Source: Acidobacteriota bacterium (GTDB taxonomy: Bacteria; Acidobacteriota; Thermoanaerobaculia; Gp7-AA8). Taken from it: a stretch of DNA of 64,000 nt. The DNA is taken from contig JAFATB010000011.1 in assembly GCA_019244185.1 (NCBI GenBank), positions 1 to 64,000 on the forward strand, read 5' to 3'. Shown piece after piece: positions 54,562-64,000 of the stretch (position 1 is the first letter of the stretch; the number at the start of each line of letters is the position of its first letter). The notes beneath the pieces were generated by a model. It saw nothing but the letters and a program-made list of their open reading frames with translations, was not told the DNA's origin and made no database searches. The position numbers were made by a program, and so were the translations under genes.

Positions 54562-55128
54562 ATGGGCTCAGGACCAAAGCCGTCGTGCCGCGATTTCGAG
54601 CTCGTGCTGATTCTTCGAACGGGGACGGATTCGCAACGCGATGACGCACTGCGCGAGTTGATGGATCGGCATACGCCCTCTGTATTCGGAGCGGCGTTCA
54701 AGATCGTGAAGAACACCGAAGGCGCGAACGACATCGTGCAGGCGGCGTTCGTGAAGCTTGTCGAGAAGCCGCCGGAGCTGCAGCCGGACCAGAGTCTTGG
54801 CGGCTGGCTCCATACGGTCAGCCATCACCTCGCCCTCGACCAGATCGATAAGTACAAACGCTTCGGCGCGTTTTCCGAGGATGACGGCGAGCGGGCCATG
54901 TGGACCTCCCGGCGCGCCGCTCCGGTCGAACACGCCGAATACAAGCAGATGCTGCGGCGCATCGCCACGCTGCCGCTGCCGCTGAAGGTCGTCGCCGAAC
55001 CCTATCTCATGCACGACGTGCCGGTGAGCGTGATCGCGCAGAAGCGCGGTCTCACGCCGGCCGCGGTCTACGCGCGTCTGAAGAAGGCCAAAGCGTATCT
55101 GGTCCGGTCCCGCACCAAGCAACGTTAG
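54562..55128 (+). CDS. divergent ECF sigma-70 factor
   Basis: GGAGG SD; ANDIVQAAFVKL, LGGWLHTVSHHLALD, IATLP, IAQKRGLTPAAVYARLKKAK. Confidence 0.85.
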   Translation: MGSGPKPSCRDFELVLILRTGTDSQRDDALRELMDRHTPSVFGAAFKIVKNTEGANDIVQAAFVKLVEKPPELQPDQSLGGWLHTVSHHLALDQIDKYKRFGAFSEDDGERAMWTSRRAAPVEHAEYKQMLRRIATLPLPLKVVAEPYLMHDVPVSVIAQKRGLTPAAVYARLKKAKAYLVRSRTKQR

Positions 55129-55143
55129 AAAGGGGAGGTTCCA

Positions 55144-56688
55144 ATGAGCAATCACGACTCTGCGCGCCGGGAAGAGGATGCGCTCGCGTGCGCGTCTCCG
55201 GACGGCGCCGATGCCTGTAGTACCCCGCAGGATGCGGACGATGACGATTCAGCCGCCGACGCCGAGAACTTCGCCGCGCTGTTGCCCGAGCTGATCGTCG
55301 ACGACATCATTGACGCGCCCACCATCGAAAACCCCGAGCACCGCTGCCCGAGCACGCTCGAGCTTCGCGGCATTCTGGAAAATCACGACCGCGCCTCGCG
55401 CGCGGAGCTCCAGCACATCGCGCTTTGTCCCGATTGCGTCGCGCGGACGCGCGCCTTCCGCGACTGCCGCCACGAGGACGCGGAAACGCTCTTCACGAAC
55501 CTCCTCGACGCCGTGCTGGCGCAGAGCGACCGCTCCTCGCCGCACGTCGAATGGGGCGAGCGCTACGCGCGCCTCCTCTTCTACATGATCGGCGAAGACG
55601 ACGAGTTCGAGCGCTGGCAGCGCAGCGCGTGGCGCTGCTCGCACACGCTCGCGTACGCGCTGCGACATGCGCGCGAGGACGGAGCGAATGCCGGCGAGAT
55701 GCATGCGATTCTCGAGCTCCTGTTCGCCGCGTACGGCGCGGCCATCTCCAACCGCCTCGGCGCGCCCGCGCATCTCTTCGACGGCGCCTGGCCGCTCGCC
55801 GAGATGATTCGCGAGGCGGCGTTCGAGATCCGTTTCGCATCGCCGGCGTCTCTCCACGCGTTCGCGCGCGCGGCCACCTCCGCCACCGAGCTCGCCAGCC
55901 CGCGCATGCAGGCGATGATCCTCTATACGGTCGCGCAGTTGCCCGCTTCTGACATTGCGGACGCGCTGGTCCGCGAGCTGGAAGCCGCGAATCTCGATGC
56001 CGCGACGCGCCCGCTGCTGCGCGTGCTCTTCGGCAATCAGGTCGAGCTGCTGCCGGACAGCGCCTCGCACGCGCGGCGCGATCTGCTCCGCGCCACCGAC
56101 GCGCTCCACGTCATCGCGGCGAGTGGCCGGGATGCCGCGGGACGCATCCAGGCGCTCGCGCGGCGCCTCGCCACGACGCTTTTCGCCACGCCGGAGCCGG
56201 TCGAGGCGCTGGTGCGGCTGGTGATGTTCCGCGCATGGCTGCGCGAGCTCGGCGCGACGTTGCGCGGGCGCGCGGAGGCGGCGTCGATCGTGCGCAACGT
56301 CGCGCGCCTGCTCGTCGACCTCTCCGCCGAACGCTACGGCTCGACCTTTCTCGCCATCGAGGCATGCGCGGTCATCCGCGACTTCTGTCCCGGCGCGTTC
56401 GTCTCGCTCGCCAGCGACGTCGTCGCGTCGGCACGGCCCGTCGTGCGCCACGGGCTGGTCGTCTGCGCCGCCGAAGGCTACGAGTCCTCTCTCCATGCGC
56501 GGCCTCACGGCGCGCATCCCTTGTTCCGGCGGCGCGGCCGGACGTGGATCTTCGAAGGGGGTGCCGAGGCGCACCCCCTCGATGTCTTCGGCCATGCGCT
56601 CGCGGCCGCCGCGACGAACGACGCCGAGGTGCTGCGGCATCTGATCTGGCTGCACGAGCGGATGCGCGGCTGGCGCGCGAGCGGCTAA
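55144..56688 (+). CDS. putative soluble anti-sigma factor, zf-HC2-like finger plus large helical domain
   Basis: GGAGG SD; directly after the ECF gene; HRCP...HIALCPDC (HxxxCxxC); no clear TM helix. Confidence 0.65.
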   Translation: MSNHDSARREEDALACASPDGADACSTPQDADDDDSAADAENFAALLPELIVDDIIDAPTIENPEHRCPSTLELRGILENHDRASRAELQHIALCPDCVARTRAFRDCRHEDAETLFTNLLDAVLAQSDRSSPHVEWGERYARLLFYMIGEDDEFERWQRSAWRCSHTLAYALRHAREDGANAGEMHAILELLFAAYGAAISNRLGAPAHLFDGAWPLAEMIREAAFEIRFASPASLHAFARAATSATELASPRMQAMILYTVAQLPASDIADALVRELEAANLDAATRPLLRVLFGNQVELLPDSASHARRDLLRATDALHVIAASGRDAAGRIQALARRLATTLFATPEPVEALVRLVMFRAWLRELGATLRGRAEAASIVRNVARLLVDLSAERYGSTFLAIEACAVIRDFCPGAFVSLASDVVASARPVVRHGLVVCAAEGYESSLHARPHGAHPLFRRRGRTWIFEGGAEAHPLDVFGHALAAAATNDAEVLRHLIWLHERMRGWRASG

Positions 56689-56795
56689 ACGCCGGCCGCA
56701 GGCGGACCGCGCCTATTCGCAAGCGCCCGCTTGCGTCACGATGGATTTCGTGCCAGAAATCTGCGTCGTCACTGAATAATTCTGTTTCGACACCG

Positions 56796-56824
56796 TTGCG
56801 TAACAGAGCAAGTGCCGCTATCAT
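56796..56824 (+). promoter_or_regulatory. sigma70-like promoter of the GT87-DUF5916-NRPS operon
   Basis: TTGCGT-17 nt-TATCAT in an AT-rich intergenic region. Confidence 0.5.
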
Positions 56825-56899
56825 GCGCTCCTTCCGATTCGTTTGGACGTAATTCCTTCTTGACATCGCCGCGGTTCTTGGCGGCGTGGGCGGGGCTCA

Positions 56900-58390
56900 G
56901 TGGCACGACTGGACCGGTTCTCAATCGCACTGGTGTACGGCGGGATCGGTGTGCCCGTCGTCGCCGCACTCTTCGGCGCCTTTGGCTTCGTGCCGGCGGC
57001 AGCCTTCGTTCTGGCCATCGTCGCGATGGCGGCGGTGATGCCGTTCGCGCTGCGGCCGCTGCGCGCGCTCGCGCCGTTCTCCACCGCCGCACGCATCGCG
57101 TTTCTCGCGATCGGCGTCGTCGCCATCGCGCGCGTCACGGGCACCGCGGTGTTCATGCTCGACGCGTCGAAGCCCGGCTTCTCGGCGATGTTCTACGACC
57201 CGTTCTACTTCCACCACAACTGCTTCTCCGCGTGGTGGCACGCGGCGCGGCTCGCCGCGAACGGCACGCCGAACGTCTACCGCAACGAACTCTATGAAGG
57301 CTGGATCGGGCGCTTCAAGCTCGATGAATTCAACTATCCGGCGCCGACGCTGCTCATCCCCGGCGCGCTGCTGCTCTTCACGAAGAACTTCTTCACGATG
57401 CGCGCGGCGTGGTTCGCCATCGAGGCCGCGCTCTTCATCGCCGCGTATCTCGCGGTTGCGTTCCACGTCGACGGCGAGGAACGCCGCCGGCTGCTGTGGC
57501 TCGCGCCCGCGGTCCTCGCCGCGACGCCGATCCTGCTCACGCTGCAGATCGGCAACTTCCAGCTCGCGGCGCTCGCGCTGGCGATGCTGGCCATGGTCGC
57601 GTTCGACCGCAATCGCAACGCCGCGGGCGGAGCGGCGCTCGCGTTCGCGGCGCTGAAGATCTTTCCCGGCATTCTCGTCTTCCTGCTGATCCTGCAGCGC
57701 CGCTGGCGCGCGGTCGCATGGACCGCCGCGTTCGGCGCGATCTGGCTCGTCCTCACCGTCGCCGCGTTCGGCCCCGCGCCGGTGAAAGACTTCGTGCAGT
57801 ACCAGGCGCCGCGCATCGGCAGCGGCGAGCCGTGGGCGTTCCTCGAGCTGCCCGAGCTGCAGGAGTTCAACTCCATCAACCAGGGCATCCCCGGACTGGT
57901 GCTCAAGGCGCGCTCGCTGACGACGGTCGTCAATCCGCGACCGCTGATGCACCGCGTGGCGAACGTTTACGCGCTGCTCCTCGCCGCGCTCGCGGTGCTC
58001 TGTTCGTTCCGCATGAACGACGCGACTCCGCTGACGCGCGCGCAGATCTGGCTCGGACTGCTCGCGCTCGCGGCGCTGCAGAGCCCCTTCGTCCCCGACG
58101 CGTACGCGCTCACCGCGTCGATCTGGCTGTGGGCGCTGGTGATGCCGCGCCTCTGCAGCGAGGCATCCCGCGGCGCCTCGCGCGTGGCGTTCGGCGTCGC
58201 GCTCTACTTCGTCCTCTCACTCGTGATGCCGAACGACGGCGCGCTCTTCTTCCCCGGGCTCGCGCGCTTCTTCGTCACCGCCGCCGTGCAGCTCGTCGCC
58301 ATCGCCGTCGCCGGCTACGCCGTGCTGCAGCGCGCGCCGAAATCCGCCGTCGCTCTCGTTCCGGCGACGATCCAGGAGACCGCCTCATGA
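56900..58390 (+). CDS. GT87/DUF2029-like membrane glycosyltransferase
   Basis: FNYPAPTLL, LQIGNF, ALKIFPG...LILQRRWRA, NQGI.G; many TM helices. Start uncertain. Confidence 0.8.
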   Translation: MARLDRFSIALVYGGIGVPVVAALFGAFGFVPAAAFVLAIVAMAAVMPFALRPLRALAPFSTAARIAFLAIGVVAIARVTGTAVFMLDASKPGFSAMFYDPFYFHHNCFSAWWHAARLAANGTPNVYRNELYEGWIGRFKLDEFNYPAPTLLIPGALLLFTKNFFTMRAAWFAIEAALFIAAYLAVAFHVDGEERRRLLWLAPAVLAATPILLTLQIGNFQLAALALAMLAMVAFDRNRNAAGGAALAFAALKIFPGILVFLLILQRRWRAVAWTAAFGAIWLVLTVAAFGPAPVKDFVQYQAPRIGSGEPWAFLELPELQEFNSINQGIPGLVLKARSLTTVVNPRPLMHRVANVYALLLAALAVLCSFRMNDATPLTRAQIWLGLLALAALQSPFVPDAYALTASIWLWALVMPRLCSEASRGASRVAFGVALYFVLSLVMPNDGALFFPGLARFFVTAAVQLVAIAVAGYAVLQRAPKSAVALVPATIQETAS

Positions 58391-60621
58391 CCCGTCGCAT
58401 CCTCCTCAATCTGCTCATCGCGCTCGCGTGCGCGCTCCCCGCCGTCGTCGCCGGCGCCGGTCCGCTCACGCTGCCGCATGTCGCACAGCCGCCGCGTCTC
58501 GAAGACTTCACGGCCGGCGAAGACGCGGCCACGCATACCGGCATGGCCAAAGTCACCGAGCTGCGCCAGAACGTTCCCGGCGACGGCGATCCCGTCTCGC
58601 TCGCGACCTCCGTCTACCTCGGCTACGACGCGACGAACCTCTACGTCGGCTTCGTCTGCAAGGACGACCCGAAGCTCACGCGCGCGCGCATCGTGCGGCG
58701 CGAAGAGATCTTCGGCGACGAAGGGCTGCAGATCTTCCTCGACACGTTTCACGACAAGCAGCGCGCGTACGTCTTCGCGGTCAATCCGTACGGCGTGCAG
58801 CTCGACGGCATCGTCACGGAAGGCCAGGGCTACGACTTCAACTTCGACACGCTCTGGTACTCGGAAGGTCGCATGCTGCCGGACGGCTTCGCGGCGCTGC
58901 TGCGCATTCCGTTCAAGAGCCTGCGCTTCTCGCCGGGACCGTCGCAGACGTGGGGCGTCGCGGTGTCGCGCATCATCCCGCGGCGGAACGAGTTCGCGTA
59001 CTGGCCGTACATCACCTCGCGCGTCGAAGGCTTCGTCCCGCAGTTCGCGACCATGGAGATCCCCGAGGCGATCTCGCCGGGGCGGAACTACCAGGTGATT
59101 CCGTACAGCGTGCTCACGCGCTCGCGGTTGCTCGATCAGGGCACCACGAATCCGGGGTACTTCGATACGACGCCGGGACGCATTGGACTCGACGGCAAGT
59201 TCGTGCTCAAGAACTCGCTGGCGGCGGACGTCACGATCAATCCCGACTTCAGCGAAGTCGAATCGGACGAGCCGCAGGTCATCGTCAACCAGCGCTTCGA
59301 AGTGTTCTTCCCCGAGAAAAGGCCGTTTTTCCTCGAAAACTCGGGCTTTTTCGGGACGCCGGTGAATCTCTTCTTCTCGCGCCGCATCGCCGATCCGCGT
59401 GCGGGCGCGCGCCTCACGGGACGCCTCGGACGCTGGGCCGTCGGCGGGCTGGCCATCGACGATCGCGCGGGAGGACTCTTCCTGCCGCCGGGCGATCCGG
59501 GGTTCGGCGACCGCGCGAACATCGCCGTCGCCCGCATGCAGCGTGACTTCGGGGTCGCCTCCAATGCCGGCTTCCTCTTCAGCACGCGCAACCTCGACGG
59601 ACACTCGAATCAGGTCGGCGCATTCGACGGCCGCTTCCGCATCAACGATCTCTGGTCCGCGACCGCGCAGCTCGGCGCGAGCCGCAGCGATCTGCTCGGC
59701 GCGCACAGCAGCGGCACGGTCGGCTTCCTCGGTCTCGCGCGCAGCGGACGCGCGTTCAACTACAGCGGCCAGTACTACGACGTCAGCCGCGACTTCAACG
59801 CGGACCTCGGCTTCATCCCGCGCACCGACATCCGCCAGACCACGCAGAACGCCAGCTACACGAAGTGGCGCAACAGCGACTTCTTCATCAGCCACGGACC
59901 GATCGTCGCGTCGACCGTGACGTGGGATCACAGCGGCGTGCTGCAGGACTGGAGCATCGCGCCGACCTACGACTGGACGTGGACGCGCGCCACCGATCTG
60001 CAGCTGACGTGGGAACAGTCGTACGAGCTCTTCGCGGGGCAGGAGTTCAACAAGCACTTCGGAACCATCTATCTGAAGAGCGAAGCCACGCGCTGGCTCA
60101 CCGCGCACGCGAGCTACAGCCAGGGCACGGGCGTCAACTACTTTCCCGCGAACGGCATCACGCCATTCCTCGCGGATCGCAGGCTCGCCGAAGCGGGCGT
60201 CACGCTCAGCCCCTTCTCGCGCCTGCGCTTCGACGAGACGTTCATCTACGACGATCTGCGCACCCGCGACGACGTCGCCGGCTTCGACGCGGGCACCAGC
60301 GTCTTCCGCAACCCGATCACGCGCACGAAGATCAACTACCAGTTCAACAAGCTGATGGCGGTGCGGCTCATCGTCGACACCAACGCCCTCACGCCGAACG
60401 AGCAGCTCGTCGACGCGCCGCATCTGCGCCACGTCACCGGCGATCTGCTCTTCAGCTACGTCCTCAACCCAGGAACGGTGCTCTACCTCGGATACTCGGA
60501 CAACTACGACAACGTGGCGCTTCTCGAAGGGCCGCCGCGCAACGTCGTGGCCACGCGCTCGGAGCTCAACCCGACGGCGCGCCAGTTCTTCCTCAAGGTG
60601 AGCTACCTGCTCCGCTACTAG
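58387..60621 (+). CDS. DUF5916 / CBM9-like outer membrane beta-barrel protein
   Basis: GYDATNLYV.F...NPYGVQ.D, IPFKSLRF, TINPDFSEVESD, FFPEKRPFFLE, FFSRRI, C-terminal FFLKVSYLLRY. Confidence 0.88.
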   Translation: MTRRILLNLLIALACALPAVVAGAGPLTLPHVAQPPRLEDFTAGEDAATHTGMAKVTELRQNVPGDGDPVSLATSVYLGYDATNLYVGFVCKDDPKLTRARIVRREEIFGDEGLQIFLDTFHDKQRAYVFAVNPYGVQLDGIVTEGQGYDFNFDTLWYSEGRMLPDGFAALLRIPFKSLRFSPGPSQTWGVAVSRIIPRRNEFAYWPYITSRVEGFVPQFATMEIPEAISPGRNYQVIPYSVLTRSRLLDQGTTNPGYFDTTPGRIGLDGKFVLKNSLAADVTINPDFSEVESDEPQVIVNQRFEVFFPEKRPFFLENSGFFGTPVNLFFSRRIADPRAGARLTGRLGRWAVGGLAIDDRAGGLFLPPGDPGFGDRANIAVARMQRDFGVASNAGFLFSTRNLDGHSNQVGAFDGRFRINDLWSATAQLGASRSDLLGAHSSGTVGFLGLARSGRAFNYSGQYYDVSRDFNADLGFIPRTDIRQTTQNASYTKWRNSDFFISHGPIVASTVTWDHSGVLQDWSIAPTYDWTWTRATDLQLTWEQSYELFAGQEFNKHFGTIYLKSEATRWLTAHASYSQGTGVNYFPANGITPFLADRRLAEAGVTLSPFSRLRFDETFIYDDLRTRDDVAGFDAGTSVFRNPITRTKINYQFNKLMAVRLIVDTNALTPNEQLVDAPHLRHVTGDLLFSYVLNPGTVLYLGYSDNYDNVALLEGPPRNVVATRSELNPTARQFFLKVSYLLRY

Positions 60622-60645
60622 TCAAACGATGCCCCGGAGGAACTG

Positions 60646-63947
<3,302 letters not shown>

Positions 63948-63951
<4 letters not shown>

Positions 63952-64000
63952 CCGTGGACCCGCGTCTCAATGAGCGTTTAGCGAGTCTCTCGCCCGAGAA
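63948..64000 (+). CDS. 5' end of the next gene, probably NRPS/PKS
   Basis: GTGA overlap; (M)TVDPRLNERLASLSPE resembles the N terminus of the preceding NRPS (RLDGLSPAKR). Confidence 0.65.

Noticed and set aside
56860-56865. Perfect TTGACA before GT87
   Set aside because: No -10 hexamer at 16-18 nt spacing.
57409-60621. 1,070-aa ORF as a GT87-DUF5916 fusion
   Set aside because: The upstream part is an off-frame read of GT87; DUF5916 starts at ATG 58387 with its own signal peptide.

Overview
High-GC window whose gene content, protein style and CGCG-rich codon usage suggest Acidobacteriota, probably Thermoanaerobaculia (inference, no search run). Bases 1-53,970 are mostly housekeeping and envelope genes: truA/fmt, secreted hydrolases with a TonB-dependent receptor, a GT-C membrane protein, a ccsA(hemX)-hemA-hemC-cobA/hemD operon, hflX, a waaA-lpxK/lpxL-waaF LPS operon, merR, msrC, glgA, amrB, a PDZ histidine kinase with an NtrC-type regulator, MEDS, DJ-1, surface proteins, a CHASE3 kinase, ku with a LigD phosphoesterase, Nudix, and tRNA-Pro/tRNA-Arg. 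After the tRNAs comes an accessory region: a small gene, an ECF sigma with a soluble zinc-finger partner, then GT87, DUF5916 and the start of an NRPS cluster that runs off the window. Main observations: (1) six sigma54-like -24/-12 promoters in front of stress-type genes (ku-ligD, msrC with an unannotated 33-aa peptide, MEDS, two kinases, a lipoprotein), suggesting an RpoN-driven general stress regulon; (2) widespread leaderless gene starts; (3) an LpxK-LpxL fusion; (4) a C-terminal domain shared by a GT-C and a secreted protease; (5) a REP-like doublet and a heptamer inverted array; (6) an NRPS adenylation domain with a non-canonical pocket code; (7) a probable chimeric junction inside fmt, with the first ~0.9 kb looking sphingomonad. 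No CRISPR array, rRNA, transposase or integrase was seen. All assignments come from motif recognition by eye.
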